This document shows, piece after piece, positions 11,177-20,946 of a stretch of DNA of 64,000 nucleotides. Both the position numbers and the translations under genes were made by a program. The notes under the pieces are model-generated. The model was not told the DNA's origin. It saw only the letters and a program-made list of their open reading frames with translations, and ran no database searches. The stretch is from Bacteroides sp. (GTDB lineage: Bacteria; Bacteroidota; Bacteroidia; Bacteroidales; Muribaculaceae), in the NCBI GenBank assembly GCA_014801875.1, contig JAAVDJ010000005.1, positions 70,294 to 134,293 on the forward strand. The letters run 5' to 3'. Every line of letters begins with the position of its first letter. Within the stretch, counting starts at the first letter, position 1.

Positions 11177-11911
11177 ATGTATGGTCTTATAGGTCGTCCT
11201 TTGGGTCACTCTTTTTCTGCCTCTTTCTTTAATGAGAAGTTTAAAAAAGAGAATATCGACGAACGTTATGAATTGTTCCCTCTTCCTTATATAGAAAAGG
11301 TGACAGAATTGATAGAGCAACACCCCTCTCTTAAAGGTTTAAATGTGACTATCCCATATAAGCAAGATATAATCCCGTTCCTTTCTCGGATATCTGAGGA
11401 AGCAAAGGAAATTGGTGCAGTAAATGTGGTTCGTATCCATAGGGATGGTGGAAAATATCTGCTTGAGGGTTTCAATAGTGATGCTATCGGTTTCAAAGAG
11501 TCAATTCAACCTCTTCTGAAATCATATATGAAAAAGGCTATGATTCTTGGCACCGGGGGTGCGTCAAAAGCAGTCTCCTTTGTTATGTCTTCTCTTGGAT
11601 TCCAGGTTATAATGGTGTCAAGAGTTGCAAAATCAGATTGTATCTCATACACTGATATAAGTCCGGAGTTGATGTCAGAGTGTCACGTAATCATCAATGC
11701 AACGCCTCTTGGAATGTGGCCAAAAATAGAAGATGCCCCACCTATCCCCTACTCGTTGTTGACTCCTCGACATCTACTATTTGACCTTATCTATAACCCG
11801 GAGATTACCGAATTTATGAAACGTGGTCTTGCTAAAGGTGCAATTGTAAAAAATGGCCTTGAGATGCTTTATGGACAAGCAATTGAAGCGTGGCGAATAT
11901 GGAATGAGTAA
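11177..11911 (+). CDS. aroE: Shikimate dehydrogenase
   Basis: GHSFS, GLNVTIPYK, GAVN, GTGGA, NATPLGM and DLIYNP motifs. Confidence 0.93.
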   Translation: MYGLIGRPLGHSFSASFFNEKFKKENIDERYELFPLPYIEKVTELIEQHPSLKGLNVTIPYKQDIIPFLSRISEEAKEIGAVNVVRIHRDGGKYLLEGFNSDAIGFKESIQPLLKSYMKKAMILGTGGASKAVSFVMSSLGFQVIMVSRVAKSDCISYTDISPELMSECHVIINATPLGMWPKIEDAPPIPYSLLTPRHLLFDLIYNPEITEFMKRGLAKGAIVKNGLEMLYGQAIEAWRIWNE

Positions 11912-11917
11912 ATCGAT

Positions 11918-13879
11918 ATGACATTCCTATTGCCGGTTGTTGGTCTTGTCATGGGAATTCTGATTGGTGAGAGATTCAATAGTCTTCTATTGAGTCTCTT
12001 ATCCATCGGAGTTGCTCTTGCGTTTTATCTTTATTTATTAGGTAAAAGTGCCAACCCACTTGAAGCTATAAAAATTAATCCTCTGCACAAGATTTGGATA
12101 TTGGTGTTGTTTCTTGGCATTGGTTGGTTTGATATGTGGGTACACACACCTTCAAATGAAACACATGATATAATAAATTCAGATCTCCTTGCCACAGGTG
12201 TGGTCGAAGAATGTAAGACCAATGTTGAAGGAGAAAGGTTTATTCTAAAAATCTATAGCCTAACAGATTCTACCGGGAAAACATTAACTCATGAAAATTT
12301 TAAAATACGACTCATCACTGATGGTTACTACGCAGCTATAGGAGATGTTCTAACAACTCGTTTACATCTTACGGAAATTGAAGATTCTAAAAACTATCGT
12401 TCTTCGGGATACTCCCACCGGATGAATCAAATAGGGATTCGTTATTCTTCTATTGCTGACTCAGACTCCGTCTTAAAGGTGGGTCATGAATTGAATATCT
12501 TCACATTTGCTGCTTCTCTCAGGAATGATTTATTGATTAAGCTTGATAAATCAAAATTGAATCGAGACTGCAAATATTTTCTGGCAGCTTTGTTATTTGG
12601 AGACCGTGATACTTTAGGCGAAAATAAAAGAGAAAAGTTCAGTAATGCAGGTCTTGCCCATATCCTTGCATTAAGCGGTACTCACATCGCATTGTTGATG
12701 GGTGTGCTAATGTTTATTTTTTATCCACTGAAATTGTTTGGCCTTCATAAAACCAGAAGTTGGTTGAGTATTATAATTATTTGGTGTTATACTATTTTAT
12801 CAGGCTTTTCACCTTCAACAGTAAGAGCTTCAATAATGATAAGTATAACCATATTGGCTTTTACGATGCAGAGACGGAAGTCTTCTTACAACTCACTTTT
12901 AATAGCTATCTTTATGATACTATTATTTGATCCGTTATCGCTTTTTGATCTCGGTTTGCAGTTGAGTATATTAAGTGTATCAGCTATAATAATTTTTGTC
13001 AATGAGTTTGACCTTAAGGAATCGTTTAGACATCCTATAAGTAGATGTATCATTTCGACATTAATGATCTCGATTGTGGCCACTATGGCCACATGGGTTA
13101 TCGTTTCAAATTATTTTGGAATCGTCCCCCTTTTGTTTCTCCCGGCAAATTTCATACTCCTCCCGCTTCTTCCCATATTTATGAGCATTTCACTCATATT
13201 CTTTTGTTCTTTACTTATTGGATACGAACCGGATTGGCTTTCAAGGACAGTAGAAGCTTTACATAAATCGTTTGATTATGTTGTGACTTTGATTTCATCA
13301 ATCGATGGTTGTGTAATAGATTTCAAAGCCTCGGATCTACTTGTGTGGCTTTGGATAGCAGGTCTTTTCGCTTTTACGTTTTTTATATTTAGAAAGGTTC
13401 GTAGTATCTACTATTATATTTTGACCGTTTATTTCACCTTGTTGGTGGCAGGATCTCGTTGGATCTCACCTCAACCATCAGATAGCATTATTTTCCAAAA
13501 TTATCACCATCAAATTTCTATAATGGTATATAGTGAGTTGAATGAGAATTCAGTAGTATTTCCGTTCCGAAGAATCAGTGAGACTACCTTTGGTGGCAAT
13601 GATATTCTGGTTGTTGATTCTATATTCGATACTACACAAATTGAATCAATAGCAATAGCCAATAGGCAAAAATATAGGGGTACTTACTTAATCATTGGGA
13701 AAAATTGCAAAATTGATTCTTTCCCTCAGCTCCCTACCCCGGACTATTTCACAAAAATCTTATTGCACCCTTCTCTGAAAAAGAGTACAGAACAAAAAAT
13801 TCTATGCAATAAGCCTGAAGAATTTAAAGATAAGGTTTACAGCTTGCGGGAGGAAGGACCATTGGAGGTCAAGCTTTAA
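11918..13879 (+). CDS. comEC: ComEC/Rec2 family membrane protein
   Basis: GLAHILALSGTH, PSTVRA and LFDLGLQLS motifs; many TM helices. Confidence 0.88.
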   Translation: MTFLLPVVGLVMGILIGERFNSLLLSLLSIGVALAFYLYLLGKSANPLEAIKINPLHKIWILVLFLGIGWFDMWVHTPSNETHDIINSDLLATGVVEECKTNVEGERFILKIYSLTDSTGKTLTHENFKIRLITDGYYAAIGDVLTTRLHLTEIEDSKNYRSSGYSHRMNQIGIRYSSIADSDSVLKVGHELNIFTFAASLRNDLLIKLDKSKLNRDCKYFLAALLFGDRDTLGENKREKFSNAGLAHILALSGTHIALLMGVLMFIFYPLKLFGLHKTRSWLSIIIIWCYTILSGFSPSTVRASIMISITILAFTMQRRKSSYNSLLIAIFMILLFDPLSLFDLGLQLSILSVSAIIIFVNEFDLKESFRHPISRCIISTLMISIVATMATWVIVSNYFGIVPLLFLPANFILLPLLPIFMSISLIFFCSLLIGYEPDWLSRTVEALHKSFDYVVTLISSIDGCVIDFKASDLLVWLWIAGLFAFTFFIFRKVRSIYYYILTVYFTLLVAGSRWISPQPSDSIIFQNYHHQISIMVYSELNENSVVFPFRRISETTFGGNDILVVDSIFDTTQIESIAIANRQKYRGTYLIIGKNCKIDSFPQLPTPDYFTKILLHPSLKKSTEQKILCNKPEEFKDKVYSLREEGPLEVKL

Positions 13880-14100
13880 TTATCTTTACTTTTTGCCGGA
13901 AGCCTTTTGAGAATAAATGAGCCGAACGTACCTCTTTTGGATACATTAACCTCATTACAGGAAAATTCATTTTGAGGTGTTTCTGCTTCCTTTTTTAGTG
14001 TAGGATCCACCACGTCAGCAAGACGATTGACTTCACGAATCATCATTACCATTACCGTAAGCAAACCGCCTACAAGGAGAATATCGAAAAGTGCTTTCAT
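13876..14100 (-). CDS. Small hypothetical protein with an N-terminal hydrophobic helix
   Basis: 74-aa ATG ORF filling the gap after comEC (4-nt convergent overlap); AT-rich upstream; one TM-like segment. Confidence 0.5.
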   Translation of the reverse strand: MKALFDILLVGGLLTVMVMMIREVNRLADVVDPTLKKEAETPQNEFSCNEVNVSKRGTFGSFILKRLPAKSKDN

Positions 14101-14426
14101 AAGAAGATAAATTTTAATGAGATATGTTTAGATTAGGATTAAATTAGCAATGACTGAAAAATCATTTGTAAGTTTAACAAAAAATTCCTAAAAGAGTTTA
14201 CGAAAATTGATATTTTTATCATTTTGTATATACGGTTTCCAGGAGCGTGCATATAAAGAAATTGATAATTATGTAAAGCGTTTAACTTGCAATATTGACT
14301 TTTATTAATAATAACAGAAATAAATTAAGATTTTAATCAACATTTTCTAATCATAATGTGTTTTAAAATAAACGATGGCAATCATATATGACTTATGTTT
14401 AATGCCTTTAGAAATCGAATCAAGTT

Positions 14427-15500
14427 ATGAAAAGAACAGTTTTATTTTTTGCTGCGGCCATGTCCATATTCGGTGCCATGGCTCAGAATCTCTCAAAAGT
14501 TGAGATGAAAAGCCTTCAGGCATTTGTGGCTCAACCTTCTGCCAAAGGGGTTAGTAACGGAGAAGTCCTTGGATACAATGGAAATGTGGCTCAGCTTCCC
14601 GGAATTACAGTCTCTGATGGACATGTCACAGAGATAAAATGGGACAACAAGGATCTTGCAGGATCACTTAATCTTGCAGGTTTCCCGGCTCTGGAAAAGG
14701 TTGACGTAAGCGGCAACAAGTTAGTTTCTCTCTCAGTTTCTGCTGCTCCTTCTCTATCAGAGCTTAATGCATCTCGCAATAGAATTTCGGATATCACTTT
14801 AAATGGGCTTAATCAACTTCAGACACTAAAGCTCAACCGAAACCGTATTAGTGATATCAGTCTGGCCGGAACACCCTTTATCAAGAAATTGAATCTGGCT
14901 TCCAACAACCTTGTAGATCTCAATGTAGAGAATGCCGTAAATTTGGTATATCTTAATGTGATGAGTAATGATCTTGAAGAACTGTCGGTAGAAAATTGTC
15001 AGGATTTAAAAACTCTTTATGCTGGTTACAACGAATTGTCAAACGTGACATTGTCGGGTCTTGCTAAACTTGAAAACTTAAATGTTCAAGGCAATAAGAT
15101 TTCCAAGCTTTATATCCAGCAGCTCCCCTCTCTCGTTTCTCTTGCAGCAAACGATAATCACATGACAGATTTGGTAATCAACGATTGTAAGGCGTTAAAT
15201 GATATCTTTGCACCTTACAACGACTTGACCAATTTTTCTGTATCTAATACACCGGCATTGGCTTTCGTAAATCTCGAATGGAATGATCTCCAGACAGTGA
15301 ATTTAAGCAATCAGACATTCTTGCAAAGGGTAAATGTTAGTAACAACCAACTGATCACTCTTGACGTAAGTTTCGATCAGATGCTAACATATCTTAATGT
15401 AAGTGATAACGTAAATCTTACAGACCTTAGATTGACTGGCGACACTAATCTCCGACAAATCGTGGGTGATTGGTCAGGTTTTGATGGTCCTAACTTCTAA
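14427..15500 (+). CDS. Secreted leucine-rich repeat protein
   Basis: Signal peptide MKRTVLFFAAAMSIFGAMA; about 12 repeats of ~21 aa matching LxxLxLxxNxL. Confidence 0.88.
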   Translation: MKRTVLFFAAAMSIFGAMAQNLSKVEMKSLQAFVAQPSAKGVSNGEVLGYNGNVAQLPGITVSDGHVTEIKWDNKDLAGSLNLAGFPALEKVDVSGNKLVSLSVSAAPSLSELNASRNRISDITLNGLNQLQTLKLNRNRISDISLAGTPFIKKLNLASNNLVDLNVENAVNLVYLNVMSNDLEELSVENCQDLKTLYAGYNELSNVTLSGLAKLENLNVQGNKISKLYIQQLPSLVSLAANDNHMTDLVINDCKALNDIFAPYNDLTNFSVSNTPALAFVNLEWNDLQTVNLSNQTFLQRVNVSNNQLITLDVSFDQMLTYLNVSDNVNLTDLRLTGDTNLRQIVGDWSGFDGPNF

Positions 15501-15517
15501 CAATACACTACTCTTAT

Positions 15518-15558
15518 GAAAAAAGGGATGTCTTAATGATTAAGACATCCCTTTTTTC
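15518..15558. terminator. Perfect 20-bp hairpin terminator after the LRR gene
   Basis: GAAAAAAGGGATGTCTTAAT-g-ATTAAGACATCCCTTTTTTC. Confidence 0.85.
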
Positions 15559-15626
15559 GTCAATTTTTTTACTAACTACTGATTAAAAAGTAAGAATAAG
15601 ATATTGTATGTTTATAACTTTTTTAT

Positions 15627-15634
15627 TAATTTTG
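15627..15634 (+). promoter_or_regulatory. -7 promoter element (TAATTTTG) for the gene run starting at 15730
   Basis: TAnnTTTG match between the terminator and the kinase ATG. Confidence 0.55.
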
Positions 15635-15729
15635 TAACTCAGATAAGTCGGCATGAAAGCAAGATATTTACTTCTATTTTATAGCTGACAAATATACAGA
15701 TTTTAAATTGATTCTCATCCTTTTCTTTT

Positions 15730-16593
15730 ATGAAAAGTAAACTTTTGATTGATGCTGGTTCTACGAAGGTAGAGTGCCAGTTGCTTCCCGCAGATGGCAC
15801 TATCTTATCCCCATTTCAGACGGAAGGGATAAATGCTCTACTATCAGACAGGGAGCATATATCTTCTGCCCTACGTAGTGTTGCAAAAAATATCCCTGAT
15901 AAATACGAAATTGAGGCTATCCATTATTATGGAGCCGGATGTGCTACCCCGGAGATATGTGAAAAAATGCGTTTGGCTATAAATGAGATTTGGAATCCAT
16001 CTATATGTGAAGTTAATTCCGATCTTCTCGCTGCCGCCCGTTCTCTATTTGGAGACAGAAAGGGAATAGCTTGCATTTTGGGAACCGGTTCCAACTCCTG
16101 TCTTTACGATGGTGTCTCGATTTCAAAGCAGATTCCATCACTTGGATTCATCCTTGGGGATGAAGGTAGCGGTGCTGCTCTTGGGAAACGACTCGTCAGC
16201 GATGTTCTCAAAGAACAGCTCCCGGTTTCCATGAGAGATTTGTTTTTTGAGAGATATAATCTTACGCTTGCTGAAATTCTTGACAAAGTATATCGGCAGA
16301 AATCTCCAAATAAATACCTGGCCTCTTTTGTGCCCTTTTTAAAAGAGAATTTATGGAATCCCTATATCTATTCTCTTGTGCTCAAAGAATTGACCCGTTT
16401 CGTCAAGAGAAATGTAGCTATGTATCCCGGGGCGCATTCTCTTCAAGTAAGCTTCACCGGTTCTATAGCTTATAATTTCTGTAATATACTGAAAGAGGCT
16501 ACCTCCTCTTTAGGTTACAGTGTATATTCTGTGTCAGAGACTCCCATGCAAGGACTGATAGATTATCATAAATACGAGAATAATGAGGAATAA
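15730..16593 (+). CDS. BadF/BadG/BcrA/BcrD-family sugar kinase (GlcNAc/MurNAc kinase-like)
   Basis: LIDAGSTK, YYGAGC, SDLLAAARS, CILGTGSNSC and LGFILGDEGSG ASKHA motifs. Confidence 0.85.
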   Translation: MKSKLLIDAGSTKVECQLLPADGTILSPFQTEGINALLSDREHISSALRSVAKNIPDKYEIEAIHYYGAGCATPEICEKMRLAINEIWNPSICEVNSDLLAAARSLFGDRKGIACILGTGSNSCLYDGVSISKQIPSLGFILGDEGSGAALGKRLVSDVLKEQLPVSMRDLFFERYNLTLAEILDKVYRQKSPNKYLASFVPFLKENLWNPYIYSLVLKELTRFVKRNVAMYPGAHSLQVSFTGSIAYNFCNILKEATSSLGYSVYSVSETPMQGLIDYHKYENNEE

Positions 16594-17248
16594 TATTAAA
16601 CTTTTAATTATAGTATTAGCAGTTCTGTTCCCTGCTCTGACGGTTCCTGCCTGGGGGCGTTCGGAATATTGGAAGCAGAGAGTATCGCTTTTCGAAAAGA
16701 TTCCCATCGCAAGTTCAGACATCGTGTTTCTTGGCAACTCTATCACCGATGGTGGAGAATTTTCAGAGCTTTTCAAGAATGAAGATATAAAGAATAGAGG
16801 AATTAGCTCTGACGTAATAAGTGGTGTCCGAGAGAGAGTGGGTCAAGTGACTTCGGGGAACCCAAGGAAAATATTTCTTTTAATTGGAATAAATGATATT
16901 TCTCATAACCTGTCAGCAGAAGCTATTGCTAAGCAATATGATGAGTTGGTGCAGGATATAAGAACTCAAAGCCCGGAATCGCAATTGTATATCCAATCAA
17001 TTATGCCTATCAACAATGATTTCGGTCGTTATAAAAATTTGAAGGGTAAAAGCCGGATCATTGTAGAAGTAAATGAACGACTTCAACAAATAGCGGCAGA
17101 GAGAGGAGCGACATTTATTGACCTTACTCCTGCCCTATCAGACTCTGAAGGAAAACTTAGAAAAGAGTTCACAAATGATGGATTACATCTTCTCGGGAAA
17201 GGGTATCAAGCATGGGCAAACTTTATTCGGGAATATGTAAATGAATAA
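16583..17248 (+). CDS. Secreted SGNH/GDSL esterase (sialate O-acetylesterase-like)
   Basis: Signal peptide; blocks FLGNSIT, NRGIS, IGIND and DGLH. Confidence 0.85.
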   Translation: MRNNIKLLIIVLAVLFPALTVPAWGRSEYWKQRVSLFEKIPIASSDIVFLGNSITDGGEFSELFKNEDIKNRGISSDVISGVRERVGQVTSGNPRKIFLLIGINDISHNLSAEAIAKQYDELVQDIRTQSPESQLYIQSIMPINNDFGRYKNLKGKSRIIVEVNERLQQIAAERGATFIDLTPALSDSEGKLRKEFTNDGLHLLGKGYQAWANFIREYVNE

Positions 17249-17269
17249 TGACCTCTGAAATTATAAGGA

Positions 17270-18184
17270 ATGAATAAGAAAAAAATATATAAGAAGATTG
17301 CAGCTTCATTCATATGCCTGTCAGTTTTCGGAATAGATTGTGGGAACGCGCAAAATGTGATTGAGGTTGCTCCTTTGTTTGAATACCCGGTAGCCCCGGA
17401 AGAATTACCGGATATGTATGAAAAATCCAATTATCTTGTTGAGCATTTCTGGGATAAAATGGACCTTAAATCTAAGCAGGCTGTAGATCAGAATGCCCTC
17501 AATCATGCTTTTCATGTGTATTCGGTTGCGATGAGATTCGCTGACAGGAATAAATGTGTTGTTTCAAATCAGAAGCTGGTTAATACTTTATCCAAAAATC
17601 CTACCCTTCTGCTTCAGTTTACTAAAGCAGCGGAAGAGAATATTTATGGGATGCGTGCTGATTTTTGGATTGATGAAATTTATATTCAATATCTCAAAGC
17701 CTTATTGTCTTCCAAAAAGGTTTCTCCGTCAAGAAAGCAGAGGTATGAAAAGCAACTTGTCGCGTTGGAAAATACAAGTGAAAACTCAATAGCCCCGAAG
17801 TTTTCTTTCGAAAACAGAAATGGTTCTACCACGAATTATTTTCCGATGTCAACACCGACAATGATTATTTTCGGAAATCCATGGGATACGGATTGGAGAA
17901 TGGCTCGACTTGGAATGGAATCCGATTTATCCTTGGTTTCTTATCTCGATAAAGGGAAGATAAACATTCTCTTTATATTACCTGAATTCAGAGAAAACTG
18001 GCAGGCTCAGGTTAACAACTATTCAGATAAATGGATTGTGGGTTTTGCCGAGAATGTTGATAATATTTACGATATAAGAGTCTCTCCCGCAATATATGTT
18101 ATCGGGTCTGACGGGAAAATTATATCTAAAAATACCAGCCTTCAGACTGCGGTTCATAATCTTTTGCAACAAATTAAAGAATAA
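17270..18184 (+). CDS. DUF5106-like exported protein with a C-terminal thioredoxin-like fold lacking CxxC
   Basis: YLVEHFWD motif, APKFSF and YDIRVSPAIYVI; GNPWDTDW occupies the CxxC position. Confidence 0.65.
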   Translation: MNKKKIYKKIAASFICLSVFGIDCGNAQNVIEVAPLFEYPVAPEELPDMYEKSNYLVEHFWDKMDLKSKQAVDQNALNHAFHVYSVAMRFADRNKCVVSNQKLVNTLSKNPTLLLQFTKAAEENIYGMRADFWIDEIYIQYLKALLSSKKVSPSRKQRYEKQLVALENTSENSIAPKFSFENRNGSTTNYFPMSTPTMIIFGNPWDTDWRMARLGMESDLSLVSYLDKGKINILFILPEFRENWQAQVNNYSDKWIVGFAENVDNIYDIRVSPAIYVIGSDGKIISKNTSLQTAVHNLLQQIKE

Positions 18185-18186
18185 TT

Positions 18187-18693
18187 ATGGGAAGAAATAC
18201 ATTGTCAAAATTTATTAAGCGAACATATTTTCGTTTCACCGGTTATTCATACACTAACCTGGGAAGGCTCTTTCTCCGACTTTTCGTCGGAATAATGTTC
18301 ATGCAATTTGGAATAAGACAGATAATGGATTTCCAACACTTGTGCGATCATTTCCCTGCAATTCTCGGCATGGACTCCACTACCACTCTAATAGTGATGA
18401 CATGTATAGAGCTAATTTGTTCTACATTCATTATGTTTGGCTTTCTTACTCGTTTCATGACTCTGCCACCTTTCATTTCAATGATTGTGGCCGAATACTA
18501 TTTATTGCAAAAATTTGGAGAAGCAACATATTTGCTTGACTGGCAACAACAGGGATATCTTCCGATAATGTTCCTCGGAATTTTCTTTTTTATTATGCTT
18601 GTAGGTCCGGGAAAAATATCGGTGGATTATTTTCTTTCGTTACATATCATTCACACTGAAAATAAAAGTGAAGGTGAATTGGAGGAGGTATGA
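18187..18693 (+). CDS. DoxX family membrane protein
   Basis: LFLRLFVG, ELICS...GFLTR and GPGKISVD motifs. Confidence 0.85.
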   Translation: MGRNTLSKFIKRTYFRFTGYSYTNLGRLFLRLFVGIMFMQFGIRQIMDFQHLCDHFPAILGMDSTTTLIVMTCIELICSTFIMFGFLTRFMTLPPFISMIVAEYYLLQKFGEATYLLDWQQQGYLPIMFLGIFFFIMLVGPGKISVDYFLSLHIIHTENKSEGELEEV

Positions 18694-19838
18694 GAATTGC
18701 AGTATTGATTTCAGGAGGAGTTGATAGTTCAGTTGTGGTTCATAAGCTTTTTAATGAAGGCCATGAACTGCATTTGTTCTATATCCGTATCGGGATGAAA
18801 GGAGATGGAGGAGACTGTTCTGCTGACGAGGACATTGAAATGTGTCAATTAATAGCGAATAAATATGGTCTGCCTTTAAAGATAGTTTCTCTTCAGGAAG
18901 AGTATTGGGAGCATGTTATGCAGTATACTCTTGACACCGTAAAAAAAGGACTTACCCCTCATCCGGACATAATGTGCAACAAAATTATCAAGTTCGGATT
19001 CTTTAATGAAAGATGGGGTAAAGATTTTGACAAGATTGCAACCGGACATTATGCATCTATCAAGGAGAAAGAGGGGCGTCTGTTTCTGGCTACGGCAAAG
19101 GATCCGGTTAAGGACCAAACAGATTTTCTGGCTCAAATATCTTATTCTCAACTTCAGCATATCATTTTCCCCCTTGGAGATTTAGAAAAGTCTGAAGTGC
19201 GTGAATTGGCGCGGAATGCATCTTTACCTAATGCTCGCAGAAAGGATTCCCAGGGAATATGTTTTCTTGGAAAAATCAATTATTCAGATTTCCTTGCCAA
19301 GCAGATAGGGATGAAATCTGGTGCCATCATAGACATTTCAACTGGGAAAAAGATAGGAACCCATAATGGATTTTGGTTTTACACAATCGGTCAGAGAAAG
19401 GGTTTGGGACTAAGTGGTGGTCCTTGGTTCGTTGTCAAAAAGAATGTCCGGGATAATGTGATTTATGTATCACATGGATTAAATACACCATTGCAATATG
19501 GTCGAGAAATTTCTCTTGTCGAGCCTAATTGGATATCAGTAGATCCATTAGAGTATTTGAAGCAAATGGATGAGGGGGTTGACATTACATTTAAAACCAG
19601 ACATTCTCCTGAGTTTCATAAAGGAAAATTGTCTAAGGAGCCTGATGGAAGCTTAAAAATTCAATCCGTGGATGATATTCAGGGTATAGCGCCAGGCCAA
19701 TATGCAATCATTTATGACCCTGATTCTGTACTCTGCTTTGGTTCAGCAATGATTCAAGCAGGAAATTTAAAAAGAAATAAAGGACAATCTAATACAAGAC
19801 CTGAAGGAATTGAAGTAATTCCGGATGTAGATGATTAA
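18690..19838 (+). CDS. mnmA: tRNA 2-thiouridylase
   Basis: SGGVDS, PHPDIMCN, ATGHYA, KDQTDFL, KDSQGICF and TIGQRKGL motifs. Confidence 0.96.
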   Translation: MRIAVLISGGVDSSVVVHKLFNEGHELHLFYIRIGMKGDGGDCSADEDIEMCQLIANKYGLPLKIVSLQEEYWEHVMQYTLDTVKKGLTPHPDIMCNKIIKFGFFNERWGKDFDKIATGHYASIKEKEGRLFLATAKDPVKDQTDFLAQISYSQLQHIIFPLGDLEKSEVRELARNASLPNARRKDSQGICFLGKINYSDFLAKQIGMKSGAIIDISTGKKIGTHNGFWFYTIGQRKGLGLSGGPWFVVKKNVRDNVIYVSHGLNTPLQYGREISLVEPNWISVDPLEYLKQMDEGVDITFKTRHSPEFHKGKLSKEPDGSLKIQSVDDIQGIAPGQYAIIYDPDSVLCFGSAMIQAGNLKRNKGQSNTRPEGIEVIPDVDD

Positions 19839-19840
19839 AT

Positions 19841-20455
19841 ATGGAAAAACGATATAGATTGAAACTTATAGGTATCACCTATAATCAAATTGAATCAGGA
19901 GTTTATGCTTTGATTCTTCAACAGATGGGTGGACAAACACGGATACCTATAGTAATAGGATTTCCTGAAGCACAGGCAATACAATGTAAGCTTCAGGAGG
20001 TAGACATACCACGTCCTTTGACGCACGACACCATGGTGACTGCCTTGAGCTCTTTTGGAGTCAGATTGAAGGAAGTAGAGATAAAACGATTGCAAAATGG
20101 AGTCTTTGCGGCTGATCTGTATTTGATCGACTCAGACAATAATTTAAAGATTGTGGATGCTCGTTCATCAGATGCTGTGGCATTAGCAATTAGGGTGGAT
20201 GCTCCAATTTATACGACGGAGAAAGTCCTTCTTGAAGCAGGTATGTTGCCGGAATCTGATAATAAAGACGCGGATGAAGACACGGGAGAAAATTTTTCAA
20301 TGTCCTCCGGAATTGAATCTTTGACATCTATGTCAATTGATCAGCTCCACTCTGCAATGACTAAGGCGGCTGAAAACGAGAATTATGAAGAAGCGGCTAA
20401 AATTAAAGCAGAAATCAACCGCCGCACAGAAAATCAAAAGGAGAATGAAGAATAG
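19841..20455 (+). CDS. Bifunctional nuclease (DUF151) with a C-terminal UVR domain
   Basis: IPIVIG.PEAQAI, RPLTHD, DARSSDAVALA and ENYEEAAKIK motifs. Confidence 0.88.
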   Translation: MEKRYRLKLIGITYNQIESGVYALILQQMGGQTRIPIVIGFPEAQAIQCKLQEVDIPRPLTHDTMVTALSSFGVRLKEVEIKRLQNGVFAADLYLIDSDNNLKIVDARSSDAVALAIRVDAPIYTTEKVLLEAGMLPESDNKDADEDTGENFSMSSGIESLTSMSIDQLHSAMTKAAENENYEEAAKIKAEINRRTENQKENEE

Positions 20456-20942
20456 AAAAAAGAGAATTGACCTCATTATCGAGCTTATAAAGAATCAATG
20501 TATAGGCAGTCAAGAGGAGTTGGCGGAAATTCTGGCTCAGAAAGGTCATCCGGTGACACAGGCAACGTTGTCTCGCGATCTAAAGATGCTTCGAACCACA
20601 AAAGTGCCAACCGATAGAGGTACTTATATGTATGTTCTCCCTGATAGTGACTCTTTAAAAGACAGATTGCTGAATTTTGGACAGCCTCTTGCGAGAGCAA
20701 ATTATCAGAGTGGTTTTGTGTCACTTCAGTTTTCAGGACATCTTGCTGTCATAAAGACAAGAAACGGATATGCATCCGGTCTGGCGTATGACATAGATAT
20801 GAGTAACTACCCGGAAATATTGGGTACGATTTCTGGCACAGATACTATTCTGGCGGTTCTTCGTGAGGATGTGTCACGTGCAAGGGCCTCTGAATTGTTT
20901 TCCGAAATTCTGGGAATTGATGTTAATGATTTAAAAGAATGA
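20445..20942 (+). CDS. argR: Arginine repressor ArgR
   Basis: SQEEL, TQATLSRDL helix-turn-helix and C-terminal GTISGTDT; start taken at ATG 20445 (MKNRKKR). Confidence 0.9.
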   Translation: MKNRKKRIDLIIELIKNQCIGSQEELAEILAQKGHPVTQATLSRDLKMLRTTKVPTDRGTYMYVLPDSDSLKDRLLNFGQPLARANYQSGFVSLQFSGHLAVIKTRNGYASGLAYDIDMSNYPEILGTISGTDTILAVLREDVSRARASELFSEILGIDVNDLKE

Positions 20943-20946
20943 TGGT

